Source: Octopus vulgaris (Eukaryota). Taken from it: 64,000 bases of DNA. The notes under the pieces were generated by a model. It saw nothing but the letters and a program-made list of their open reading frames with translations. It was not told the DNA's origin and did not search any database. Both the position numbers and the translations under genes were made by a program. Shown here piece after piece: positions 12,734 through 25,620 of the stretch; the stretch's first letter is position 1; every line of letters starts with the position of its first letter. Where the stretch lies: contig OX597814.1 of the NCBI GenBank assembly GCA_951406725.2, forward strand, positions 192,944,001 to 193,008,000, written 5' to 3'.

Positions 12734-12912
12734 TATATGTATACGCACATTCATCTACATATATGGATACTCACATATATACCTGCACACATATATACAC
12801 ACATACATATACACATATATATAAATACATATATACATGCACATATACATTATATATATATATAATAATAATATTATATAATATATATATATATATATAT
12901 ATATTATATAAT

Positions 12913-12959
<47 letters not shown>

Positions 12960-13021
12960 TATAATATATATAATAATATTGAGTTGCATAATAGCGGTTT
13001 TATCTCTAATTTATATTTTAC

Positions 13022-13058
<37 letters not shown>

Positions 13059-13150
13059 TACATTATGTACACACACACACGTATGTATGCACACTCACAC
13101 ACATATACAAGTACATTACACTACTCTCTTACGTATATGTACACATGCAC
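12690..13150. repeat. Compound (CA)n/(TA)n microsatellite
   Basis: Visible directly in the sequence. Confidence 0.9.
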
Positions 13151-13669
13151 ATAAAGCAATAAATAATAGAATTTATTCATCGCCGCTGGTCAAAGTCAAT
13201 CTCAGCTAAAGCTGGAAAGTGATTGATTATGAACTAACTATATAGCCATAGAACACTAGCTTCTATCTTACTCTGTTGAGCATTGCATTGTAAATCGTGT
13301 GATCAATGAAATCTTCTTAAAAGAAAAATTCTACGTATATTAAGCATCTCCGAGCAATGGCGTCTCTTCTTTCGTTATTGTAGAATATTTTCCAGCGATG
13401 AAAATTTTATGTTGAAAAAGTTCAAAACAGCAGAACTAAAAACTTCCATGTGGATGGTACAAATCTCATACTTCACAAAAAAATACTACGATTGTTTTAT
13501 TCTCAAAGATTTTTCAATTTTTCATTTTATCTTCAAACACAACTTGTATTCATTTCATTTTATTGCGAGTCTCCACTGCACATTAGAGATATAAGTATTG
13601 AAATATACTACATGGTTAGAAATACGAAAATTATTAATAGAGAACATTACGACGCATTCCCTTCTAAGT

Positions 13670-13986
13670 TCACACACACACACATATAATGTATATATAT
13701 ATATGTATATATATAATGTGTATATATACATATATATATGTAATGTGTATGTGTATATATATACATATATATATATATATGTAATGTGTATGTGTATATA
13801 TACATACATACACAAACACACACATACACACACACATATATATTTATATGATGTGTATATATATATGTATACAGATGTACGTATATTAGTGTAGTTATAT
13901 TTGTGTTGCTCGTGTCTACGTTATAGTTCTTGGTAAAAGTAATATCGCCGCACACGTGTGTACGCGTGTACCTAGCGTTACTGATT

Positions 13987-14018
<32 letters not shown>

Positions 14019-14169
14019 ACACACATACACACACACACATATATATATATATAAATATATGCATATATATGCATAAATATATATGCATATACATACACAC
14101 ACACATACATATATATATATATACATATATACATATATGTACATATATATTTATATATATATTATATAC

Positions 14170-14215
<46 letters not shown>

Positions 14216-14426
14216 GTATATATATATGTATATGTATATATATATATGTATATATATATGTATATATATATATGTATATATATATGTATATATATATGTA
14301 TATATATATGTATATATATATGTATATATATATGTATATATATATATGTGTATATATATATATGTATATATATGTATATATATATATATATATATATGTG
14401 TATATATATATATGTATATATATATG

Positions 14427-14476
<50 letters not shown>

Positions 14477-14699
14477 GAGGCGCAATGGCCTAGTGGTTAG
14501 AGCAGCGGACTTGCGGTCGGAGGATCGCGGTTTCGATTCCCAGACCGGGCGTTGTGTGTGTTTATTGAGCGAAAAAAAACACCTAAAAGCTCCACGAGGC
14601 TCCGGCAGGAGGTGGTGATCCCTGCTGTACTCTTTCACCACTCTAAAGGCGGTGCTCCAGCATGGCCGCAGTCAAATGACTGAAACAAGTACAAAAAAA

Positions 14700-14730
<31 letters not shown>

Positions 14731-14792
14731 GCATTTATACATACACACACACATATATATATATATATGTGTATATATATATATACATTTAT

Positions 14793-14837
<45 letters not shown>

Positions 14838-14883
14838 CATATATACATATATGTACATATATATTTATATATATATTATATAC

Positions 14884-14921
<38 letters not shown>

Positions 14922-14942
14922 GTATATATATATGTATATGTA

Positions 14943-14985
<43 letters not shown>

Positions 14986-15150
14986 GTATATATATATGTA
15001 TATATATATGTATATATATATGTATATATATATATATGTGTATATATATATGTATATATATATACGTATATATATATGTATATATATATATATGTGTATA
15101 TATATATGTATATATATATACGTATATATATATATGTATATATATATGTA

Positions 15151-15237
<87 letters not shown>
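13670..15237. repeat. Large (TA)/(CA)/(TATC) microsatellite field containing a SINE; internal block duplicated (~14095-14470 and ~14810-15140)
   Basis: The string catatatgtacatatatatttatatatatattatatacatatacat occurs twice. Confidence 0.9.
14473..14716 (+). mobile_element. Chimeric SINE: family C tRNA head, family B/CR1-type tail, poly(A)
   Basis: tggaggcgcaatggcctagtggttag..ggtttcgattccc head, switching at ~14643 to taaaggcggtgctccagcatggccgcagtcaaatgactgaaacaagta, then an A-tract. Confidence 0.85.
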
Positions 15238-15241
<4 letters not shown>

Positions 15242-18200
15242 TGGCCACCGCTGACGCCGGCCCAGGTGCCACACCGTCAGCCTTTATTGACACCCCGGGT
15301 GTCTCACCAGTGCTTCTGCTGAATGTCAGAGGTCTGGTGAAACCCACTAATATGGGTAAAATTCCTTACCTTAGGGACTTGAGCACAAGCAACCATGCAA
15401 TATGCATAGCGCTGACTGAAACGCACCTGTCAAGCAGTATAGCAGATGCAGAAATACACATACCGAAGTATACTGTTTTTCGGTCGGACAGGAAGGAAAG
15501 AACTCATGGTGGGGTTGCCCTGTACGTCCGTGAAGATGTCACACCCATAGTACTGTTGACACACTCAAACTCAGTCTGTGACACACTGATAGTACACATG
15601 AAACAACCGAAAATAGTAATATGTGTCACATATCGGCCACCAGACACCCCTAGTCATGAAGGAGTGTTTGAAGATAGCCTCAGAAGAATAGAAGAAGTCC
15701 TGGACAAACTGGACCAGGGTAACACCATTCTACTGCTGGGAGATTTTAACCTTCCGAAAGTCAAATGGCCAGATGGCCATCTCCTCCCTGGAATGACATC
15801 ACTTGAACAGAGACAGACAGAGTCCTTGTTGGCTCTCACACGCAAGTTTTTCATGGAGCAAGCAGTGCTTTGGCCAACAAGAGGTGAGAATGTCTTGGAC
15901 CTCTGTTTCACAAGCAACCCGATGCTCATCCACAACATAATGGTAACACCAACAATTCTCTCAGATCACAACTTAGTAGAGGTAATGATATATGGTATGA
16001 GAGAGTTAGTTGAGACGCAGCCATTAGAAAATACCACAGGCCTATCCAGTCTAAACTTCCATAAGGCAAACTGGAAGAAGATCAAAGAAGAGATCCGAAA
16101 ACATGACTGGAGTGACTTCATCACCACACAGGACACCAACACACATTTCCAACATTTCATGACAACAATACAGAACATATGCCATAAGTTTGTCCCGGAG
16201 AAAAAAGCCAGCGGGCATAGGAACGTTATTCCCAGAGACAGGAAAATACTTATGAGGCGAAGAGCTAAGCTCTCGAAGCAACTGAATGCACGGCAGAGAA
16301 ACAATGAGGGACTCCACCTGAAACTTTTTGAAACGGAAACTGCACTCAAACTTTCCTATGAGAAGGAGAGGGCAGAGAGAGAAGCCAGGGCCATAGAGAA
16401 TATTAAAACAAACCCTAAAGCCTTCTTTAAATTTGCGAAAGAAACCACCTCGGTACACTGCAAGATTGGCCCACTCTTTGATAAAAAGGGCTCTCTAACT
16501 GAGGACCCCCAAGGGATAAGTGAAATACTAAAGGAACAGTATAAAAGTGTGTTCACATCCCCTCTGGGGCACATGCAAATCACAAACCCAGAAGTTTTCT
16601 TTGATGCCACAACACTCCAAAACCAAACAACAACCATCGACCACATAGACATAACAGAGAGGGATGTAATATCTGCCATAGAAGAAATGAGAATAAACTC
16701 AGCTGCTGGACCAGATGGATTCCCAGCAGTCCTCCTAAAAACATGCAGGCATGCCCTAGCGGGACCACTGAAGAAGCTCTTCAGTGGTTCCTTGGCTAAC
16801 GGTAAACTGCCCAGGGCGCTAAAAGAAGGCACCATATGCCCTATCCACAAAGGAGGGAGTAGAGCAGAGGCCAAAAACTACAGGCCAGTCTCCCTGACGT
16901 CACACATAAGTAAGGTCATGGAACGAATCATCAGAAAAAAACTGATCACGTTCCTCGAAGAAACTAACCGTCTCACTGACACACAGCATGGCTTTCGCCC
17001 AGGAAGAAGCTGCCTTACGCAGCTGTTACAACACTACGACTGGGTACTGAAACAACTACTGGATCGCTCACAGGTGGATGTGGTATATCTCGACTTTGCG
17101 AAGGCCTTTGACAAAGTCGACCACGGAGTGATATGTCACAAATTACTCAGACTCGGCATAACAGGAAAAGTAGGTGAGTGGATACATGACTTCCTGAAGG
17201 ACAGAAGCCAGATGGTTGCAGCCAATGGAGCCCTCTCGGGAAAGACACCAATAGCAAGCGGGGTGCCACAGGGCACAGTCTTGGGACCCTTGCTGTTTTT
17301 GGTGGCGCTCTCTGACATGCCCTTGGTAGCACAAACAACATCCCTCACTAGCTATGCTGATGACACAAAGGTAGCACAGGCAATCAAAAACCCAGCTGAT
17401 GCTGACCTTTTACAACAAGATCTGGATGCCATATACAAATGGGCTGAAGACAACAACATGCAATTTAATGCTGGTAAATTTCAAGCCTTACAATATCAAG
17501 CTGTAAACACATATACATTACAACACAACTATACTGGTCCAGGAGGGATCGAAATCCCAGTATCGAAATCAATACGGGACCTGGGGATAGACATGAGTGA
17601 CGATGCATCTTTTTCTTCACACATCGCGAAGGTGGCGACAATGTGCAGACGACTCACTGGCTGGATCCTGAGGACATTCCGGACAAGAGACTGCGAGACC
17701 ATGTTGACACTATGGAGGACATTTGTCCTAAGCCGCCTGGACTACTGCTCCCAACTGTGGTCACCGCATAGTGTCAAACTAACCACAGAGCTTGAGACAA
17801 TCCAAAGACATTTCACCAAGAGGATTTCCACCATGAAAGAAAAGAACTATTGGGAGAGGCTTAGGGAACTCAATTTGTACTCCTTGGAACGAAGACGAGA
17901 GAGATATGCAGTGATATACATATGGAAAATCCTGGAGGGACTAGCACCAAATTTTGGAATTGAGAGCTGTTCCAATCCCCGTACAGGACGTCACTGTGTG
18001 GTGCCAAAGGTCCCGTCTTCCACATCCAGGGTAAGGAGCAGATACTGTAATAGCCTGGGGTTCAGGGGCCCTCAGCTGTTCAACAAACTGCCAAGAAAAC
18101 TAAGAGATCTACATGATGCGGATGTGGACATTTTCAAAAAACATCTAGACAAGCTGCTTTCCGGGATCCCAGATGAACCCACTGCAAGGTACGAAGGTAA

Positions 18201-18273
18201 CCTAAGGGCAGCAGCTACAAACTCTCTCTTAGATCAGTGGCCAGCCACGGCAAACTGGACTTGGAGAGGGTAG
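15238..18273 (+). CDS. Non-LTR retrotransposon ORF2 (APE endonuclease plus reverse transcriptase), CR1 group, 1011 aa, uninterrupted
   Basis: APE motifs LNVRGL, ALTETHL, GGVALYV, YRPP, LGDFN, LDLCF, SDH. RT motifs [57 protein letters not shown]-terminal SLERRRER. The upstream part of the 14767 ORF is only microsatellite. Confidence 0.95.
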
Positions 18274-18338
18274 CAACAAGGGCGGTGCCCCAGCATGGCC
18301 TCAGCCGGATGACTGAAACAAGTAAAAGAGTAAAAGAG
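15238..18338 (+). mobile_element. 5'-truncated CR1-group LINE with short 3' UTR (stem-loops plus AGTAAAAG octamer tail), inserted in (TA)n
   Basis: No ORF1 or 5' UTR. The ~65-nt 3' UTR ends aagtaaaagagtaaaagag, and TA repeats flank both sides. Confidence 0.9.
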
Positions 18339-18605
18339 ATATATATATTTACATATATGTATTTATGTACGTTAGTTAGTATGTATACATGAAAAATTCA
18401 GACGTATTAATTTAATAATTTCGTGTTTTCCTATGTCGAAGTAAGTTTCTAAGATGGCTCCTTACCATTTGTAAAGACATCAAACAGACGAATATATATT
18501 CTTACCCCATGAGTTTTGAAACTCATGATGTAAGAATTTCTATATTAAACAACTTTAGAAATAAACTGGTGTTACAGAATTCTTGAGAATTTATATATAT
18601 ATATA

Positions 18606-19009
18606 TGTGGTAAGTAGCTTGCTTACGAACCACATGGTTCCAGGTTCAGTCCCACTGCGTGGCACCTTGGGCAAGTGTCTTCTGCTATAGCCTCGAGCCG
18701 ACCAAAGCCTTGTGAGTGGATTTGGTAGATGGAAACTGAAAGAAGCCGGTTGTATTTATGTATGTATATATATATGTATGTGTGTGTATATATTTGTGTG
18801 TCTGTGTTTGACCCCCAACATCGCTTGACAACCGTTGCTAGTGTGTTTACGTCCTAGTAACTTAGCGGTTCGGCAAAAGAAACCGATAAAATAAGTACTA
18901 GGCTCACAAAGAATAAGTCTTGGGGTCGATTTCCTCACCTAAAGGCGGTGCTCCAGCATGGCCGCAGTCAAATGACTGAAACAAGTAAAAGAATAAAAGA
19001 GTAAAAGAG
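18606..19009 (+). mobile_element. SINE family B
   Basis: Colinear with 5991-6399. Confidence 0.9.
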
Positions 19010-19022
19010 TATATGTATATAC

Positions 19023-19069
<47 letters not shown>

Positions 19070-19315
19070 CAGTTGGTGTATTTTCTACACCGTTGATTAT
19101 ACGTTTCCAGCCAGCCGATCTGTTCACTGTTTTTTAATGACGAGTGTGATAAGGGAGTGTCTGTAATTCGGTGCAGAACAAATATCGAATGGAATTCAAT
19201 TGAAGAGAGCAGTGTATTTTTTGGTGATAGTTGTTGGCAGTTGTAGTTGTTATTCCCAGATGAACAGTAATCGTCAACACAATTTCTAGTTAACTAAACA
19301 CTTTTACGGAAAATG

Positions 19316-19707
19316 GGATTTTTTTCTAGCGGTGTCAAATGAAAATGTCACCCATAATTATAACCCTAGTATCGATCTATTGCATTTCAATCTGTTTTAG
19401 GGTTAGGGTTAGTTAGAGTTAAGGTTAGGGGTGGGGGAAGGGTATCTTTTTTTCTTCGCAAATGTAAATAAACCCAATCTGTTTCTTAAAGGAGGGACAT
19501 ATTCATACAGCACGGAATGTTTTCACCCCAAATGGAGTCCACCGATTGGTTAAAATTGCAGAAATGCTCGATTTTAAAGTGGAAATATCTTACAAACTAT
19601 AGAATTTTCTCAATAAAGCCAAGCACATTCTACCAGTATACGAAGTTTAAAAGTGTTTAGTTAACTAGAAATTGTGTTGAAAACTGCCGTTCAAAAGGAA
19701 AAGATCC
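19316..19707. mobile_element. MITE carrying TTAGGG repeats, left end rearranged
   Basis: Homologous to 27409-27852; right TIR aaactgccgttcaaaaggaaaagatcc. Confidence 0.75.
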
Positions 19708-19750
19708 CATTTCCTTGTTGACCCGACATAAAGCGACCACGAGGCAAATA

Positions 19751-20913
19751 TCTATTATATAAAATCCGTTTTGTCTGTGTGTGTGTCTGCTAGGATCACA
19801 GGCATCCTCCATCCGATTGCACTCAAATTTGATATGTAGATACCGACGGTATCAGGGCGTGTATAAGTCTTGAAAAAATTGCAAAAATCGATTCCAGGTG
19901 AAAATGCGATCGATAAAGCCGTGGGAACGTGCATTTGTACGCGCATGTACATCAGCCGTTGCGATCGATACTACGCATACGCGAGAAAAATGCACGTGCA
20001 CTCTGCGCAAAAAAAAAGCCGGCTGGCTTGAAATAATGCCGCAAAATGCAGTATATTTAAGAGACCAAAAAAGTAAGAGATATTTTCTTCAAACTTGGCG
20101 TGAAGGAAGGAAAGACTATTTGGTTTCTCAAGAAGTTTCTTTTTTTGCCTTAACTTCGTTTAACAAAACCTAAAATTTTATTGAAATAAAGGCATGCTTA
20201 ATTATTTTTTAATGAAAAGAAAACACTGATTGCTTTTTATTCAAGGAAGAAAATACTATTTTCATGCTAATAAATGATTTTTGTTGCCTTACAGCTTTAA
20301 ACCAAAAAGAGTGTGTTTTTTAGTGAAAGAAAACCATTATTGTATTCAATCAAGATTGTTTGAGCTTTATTTCAAGGTGAATGAAGTCAAAATACTTCAA
20401 TTTTAGAAACAAAAGACTGTTTGCTTGCTTCTTAATCGTGCAACATTTGCATTTTCTAAACGCACACAATTGACCAGTTTTTTTTTTAATGAAAATGTGA
20501 TACTTTTGCATTTTAAATTATAATTGTTGTTGTTTCAAAGGTATTGGTATTTTCACGGCGAGAAGACAGTTATTTCCCTAAAGTTGAAGTTCAATTGCAT
20601 AGCATTCACATTTAAAATATGTACACCTTGCCTTTTAGTGTTAACATTAAGTGTTCTCCCAGTCAACAGCCTTATCATTACTGGTACTTTAAATTCTTCG
20701 GCTGCATATTTGTGTGAATAAAATCGATTTTCTTTGGAATAGACAAAAGTCTATTTTTATTTCTTCTTTTGCTGGCGTTTCAAATTTAGGTTAAATCAGT
20801 GTTTCTAAAAGGGGAGGCCTATGGGACGGTCGGACTAGTTGTTTTGAGAAAATTTGGTTTAAATGTTTGACAACTCAGCACCGTCCATTGGACGGGGTGG
20901 CGCGTTTTGCTCG
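19751..20913 (+). mobile_element. Non-autonomous Helitron family H2 (3' end CTCG)
   Basis: a|TCtattatataaaatccg start, 3' hairpin ccgtccattggacgg, ends gCTCG|t. A shorter homolog lies at 34021-34571. Confidence 0.78.
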
Positions 20914-20933
20914 TATATTTATATATACATAAT

Positions 20934-20988
<55 letters not shown>

Positions 20989-20993
<5 letters not shown>

Positions 20994-21104
20994 AACAACT
21001 TATAAGAAAGGGCTAAGGAAAAATTATTTCAAAGCCAATATGGTGATTCAGCATATTGGCTTTGAAATAATTTTTCTTTAGCCCTTTCTTATAAGTTGTT
21101 TATA
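20989..21104. repeat. Near-perfect ~55-bp-arm fold-back hairpin between (TA)n tracts
   Basis: ataaacaacttataagaaagggctaag.aaaaattatttcaaagccaatatg is followed by its reverse complement after a ~10-nt loop. Confidence 0.9.
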
Positions 21105-21181
21105 ATTTTAACCGTAAAGGTATTTTAATATGCTGCCACATTTCTTGATGGAATTCTTTTCTGTAGAGAAAAAAACTTCAT

Positions 21182-21252
<71 letters not shown>

Positions 21253-22054
21253 AATAGTCATTTATGTATCACACTTAATGTATACAGTGTCGTTAGACCA
21301 GTTACTGCAGTATTTTTCCTGAGATAACATCTCTTATTGACGTACTGGGTTAAACAGAGAGAAAGAGAGAGAGAGAGATACGATGCATTTCGCCAGATGC
21401 GTTTCGGCGTTTCAATTGTGCGTATTTGCATCCAGCCCCATGAAAAGAACCCAATAGGCGTAAGTACATTTGGCATTCTTGCTGGCCGCTATAGGGACGA
21501 CTTTTCGTTTCCCTCCGATATTTGTGTTCATCAGAAACGTTATCTCAAGACAAATACCATAGTATCTGGCCTATCAATAGTGTATGTACATTAAGTATGA
21601 TGCACAGATGGCTATTTTAATATAATGCTGCTTCAGTTAAGTATACTGGATATATAAGGAATATAGCTGCTACCAGTAACTCCTGGTAAACCTGTAAATA
21701 AAAGAGTATACGGGACCACCGAGGTCACCCCTCTGCAATTTTTCTTCCTGCTAGAAATTGCAACCAAATAACCCTCAGACTACATCCTACCATCATTCAT
21801 GAAAAAGGAACAATACGTTGTACTATGTAATACTGGATGTAGAAAACCAAAAGATGGTCACGTTTGGAAAGTCTTTGATCATAAGTATACCCAGAGATGC
21901 CCAATGACTGAACAACAACAACAACACAGCCTACCCTTTTTTTAAAAAGGGGACCCATTGAACTGTGGGCTCTCAATCTGAAGAATATCAACTCCCCTTT
22001 CTCACTTAAACATATTCCTTTCTCTTTCATCTTTAACACTTTCAGTCATATATA

Positions 22055-22603
22055 TATGCGGCGACCCCATGCTGGAGCACCGCCTTGGAACCTTTTAGTC
22101 GAACAAATCGATTCCAGTACTTATTGTTTTAAAGCTCGGTACTTATTCTCTTAGTCTCTTTTGCCAAATTGATTAGTTATGGGGACGTAAACATACTAAC
22201 TCCGGTGGTGGGGACAAACGAAAAGGCCTCACACACACTCACACTCATATATACATATATATGTAAAATATGGTATAATTATAAACAGGGCATATTTTAA
22301 CAATTTCTCCGCAGTCTGACAGAAACAATGAACGACCTTAATCGATTTTCGAACCTTATTGGGTTCCCATCACAGGCCTCCACATCACTTTGACAATCTC
22401 CAGAGAAACAAACAGCCAAACTGTTTATGTACTCAACAAATACGACAGGCTTCTTTCAGTTTCCGTCTAGTAAATCCTCTCACAAGGCTTTGGTCGGCCA
22501 GAGGTTAGAGTAGAAGGCACTTTCACAAGGTAACGCGTCGTGGGGATTGAACCCGGAACCATGGGATTGGGAAGCCAACTTCTAACCACACAGCCACACC
22601 TGT
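22055..22603 (-). mobile_element. Older SINE family B copy with an internal insertion
   Basis: Tail at 22055-22230, head at 22440-22603. Confidence 0.75.
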
Positions 22604-22635
22604 GCTTAGTGAATCGTTTTCGATGCCTATATAGT

Positions 22636-22858
22636 CGCTGGCAGAAACGTTAGCACGCCGGGCGAAATGCGTAGCCGTATTTCGTCTGCCGTTACGTTCT
22701 GAGTTCAAATTCCGCCGAGGTCGACTTTGCCTTTCATCCTTTCTGGGTCGATAAATTAAGTACCAGTTACGCACTGGGGTCGATGTAATCGACTTAATCC
22801 GTCTGTCTGTCCTTGTTTGTCTCCTCTATGTTTAGCCCCTTTTGGGTAATAAAGAAAC
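22636..22858 (+). mobile_element. SINE family A monomer
   Basis: Colinear with 2420-2650; TSD tatatagtc. Confidence 0.9.
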
Positions 22859-23105
22859 ATATATAGTCATGAGCAAACATAAAAAAAACAAAAACTTTTC
22901 AGCTTCTTCATCCTTGACCTAGCGGAATAGCCACGACTTGACTACTGAAGAGAGAAAGGGTTGCACTAGTAACCACGTTAGTATTCATTTTCAGTGAATT
23001 CGAGCCGAGACTGGTGCTACCAATATAAACATTTGTGCATTTTGCTCCAAAAGACACCAATATGAGAGTTTCTCTCATTCTCTCATGGTATCTGCCATAA
23101 TATAA

Positions 23106-23360
23106 AAATAAATAAATGCACCCTTTTAAAGCCTAGCGAGGCTCATGGGCCCCGTTTCCCGGTTTCAATGGCGTATGTGTTCCCCAGCTGGACGGGACGC
23201 CAGTCCATCGCAGCGTTACTCATTTTTGCCAGCTGAGTGGATTGGAGCAACGTGAAATGAAGTGTTTTGCTCAAGGACACAACGCGTCGCCCGCTCCAGG
23301 AATCGAAACCACAATCTTACGATCATGGTGCTGACACCCTAACCACTAAGCCACGCGCCT
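23106..23360 (-). mobile_element. SINE family C2 (tRNA head, CORE-like block, V-domain-like block)
   Basis: ggcgcgtggcttagtggttagg head, ttgtgtccttgagcaaaacactt, ctgcgatggactggcgtcccgtccag; homologous to 58479-58747. Confidence 0.88.
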
Positions 23361-23380
23361 TAACATCTACCACAATATAT

Positions 23381-23612
23381 TTTTCTTTACTACCCACAAG
23401 GAGCTAAACACAGAGGGGACAAACAAGGACAGACGAACGGATTAAGTCAATTATATCGACCCCAGTGCGTAACTGGTACTTAATTTATCGACCCCGAAAG
23501 GATGAAAGGCAAAGTCGACCTCGGCGGAATTTGAACTCAGAACGTAACGGCAGACGAAATACGGCTACGCATTTCGCCCGGCGTTCTAACGATTCTGCTA
23601 GCTCGCCGCCTT
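23381..23612 (-). mobile_element. SINE family A monomer
   Basis: Full head and tail A; TSD taccacaatata. Confidence 0.9.
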
Positions 23613-23749
23613 AAAAAATACCACAATATAGTTTGTTCAAACAGAAAATTGATGTTTAAGTTGGGTTAGATATTACCTTTCCGTATTAATACTGCCTCTG
23701 TCGCTAATGAATATTTTAAAAACTAGTTCCCTGTCTAATCACGACACCA

Positions 23750-23928
23750 GCGCTTGTTCTGGCGCTGTTATCCTATATATCGCTGGCGGGGAGATGAATC
23801 GCTGCTATCTTTAGCGGTCGAGCGTCCATCATTGGCGAGACCAAGGAAGGTCAGAATCATGTGATCTGGTAGTGTCGGCATTGGAAGTGACGGTGATTTA
23901 TCTCCCCGCGAGCGCTGTAAACAAGCGT
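23750..23928 (+). other. Long imperfect hairpin rich in G-U pairs (candidate structured RNA)
   Basis: 23781-23804 pairs with 23891-23914, and 23750-23758 with 23920-23928. Confidence 0.5.
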
Positions 23929-24103
23929 GCATTATGCACCACTTTGTTTAACCTTGCATGTTGTACGTCCCCTTTTTATACTTACAGCGGCTTTTGGGGT
24001 GAATGGGAAATTTGTGATGATTAAAGGTGGCATAGAAATTGCTAGGTTTAACAAAATTAGGACTTCGAACTTTTAAAGCTTCTGCTATGAAGGCTTGCAT
24101 TTA

Positions 24104-24637
24104 TTGGGTTGTCCGGAAAGTTCGTGCCGATTTTTAAAGGAAAGAAAAAGGTCAATAAATACTTGCCATTACATTTTTAATCAACCAAATATGAACCATT
24201 TTGTTGCACAATGCATCTCCATCTTTCCTTTAACTTGAAAATACTCTCTTCCCAGAATTGAGGTGGCTTCATAGCAAATCAAGGTATCTTTTTACGTCAT
24301 CCAAGGAACTGAAATTTTTATCATTAAGACTATTTTGCAGAGACCTGAATATGGTGAATATGGAGGGTGGGGTGACACATCCCAGCCGAGCTGCAGCAAT
24401 TTTTATCTGGTTCCCAAAGCATCAAGTGCTGAAAATGAACTTTCTTATCTTCCATTTTAAAGGGTTACAGAATTAACACAGGTTATAGGAACATAAACCT
24501 TCTTCCACGAAAAGATAGCTTAAACTGTGCTCTAAATGGAGGTGTAGTCAAATCCTATTTTATGGACTCAACCGTGTTCTAAATTAAGTCGAAAGGTAAG
24601 CTACAATAAATCGGCATGAACTTTCCGGACAACCCAA
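24104..24637 (-). mobile_element. Internally deleted mariner element
   Basis: ~30-bp TIRs ttgggttgtccggaaagttc(g/a)tgccgattt and TA TSD. The minus strand encodes a mariner C-terminus (KPPQFWEESIFKLKERWRCIVQQNGSY). Confidence 0.9.
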
Positions 24638-25119
24638 TAGCAACGTAGTCCTAGATAAGAAAAGATCTTGGATGCTCACAGCTGGAACTGTCTTTAAAGA
24701 TAAGTCTGCTTCTTCTTTGACGAACTGGCGCTGAACAACAGCAGCAACAACAACAACATCACCACCACCAACAACAACCTTATTAAATCAAAAGTAATTG
24801 ATTCTGTAGTTTCCAGTAAGCAGTTTCGTAGAACAAGTCTTGCATTCAAACCAATGACGTGGAATAAAATTTCATAAGTATGAAACATGACGAGAAGCGT
24901 ATAATCATGACTTGAGCGCACATATACACAGATACTCACATAGGCACACACAAGTACTGTGTGATATCCGTCATGTATATAGACTCACTAAACTGTCTGC
25001 ATTAGTTGGGATATGGTAATATTATTGCAAAAAGTTATCTTTTATATGTTTGTGTATTTGAATATAACATGGCATATTAAATAGGATATACGGAAGGACA
25101 AGATTTGTGAAACAGTTGT

Positions 25120-25337
25120 ATACACAAACACGTACATACACTCACTCAACAGTCACATGCATACATGTACACATACTCTTATACATTTGCATATCCATAT
25201 ATGTACGCACACATACATGCATACATACATATATATATATATATATACATATATATATGTGTCTATATATATACATATATATATATATGTCTATATTTAT
25301 TTATATATATATGTCTATATATGTATATATATATATG

Positions 25338-25391
<54 letters not shown>

Positions 25392-25450
25392 ATATATGTA
25401 TATATATATATGTCTATATATATGTATATATATGTCTATATATATGCATA

Positions 25451-25496
<46 letters not shown>

Positions 25497-25576
25497 CACA
25501 CAACTATCTGTACATATTCATATATATGTATTCATATATGTGTGTACATATATGCAAATATATGTGCACATGTATG

Positions 25577-25619
<43 letters not shown>

Positions 25620-25620
25620 G
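25120..25620. repeat. Compound (TA)/(CA)/(TC) microsatellite
   Basis: Visible directly in the sequence. Confidence 0.93.

Noticed and set aside
14767-15237. N-terminal 157 aa of the 1168-aa ORF
   Set aside because: Stop-free translation of (TA)/(CA) microsatellite; real homology starts after 15238.
23781-23890. 7SL/SRP RNA or HDV-like ribozyme
   Set aside because: Only short scattered similarity; no SRP helix 8 motif, and no nested double pseudoknot could be built.
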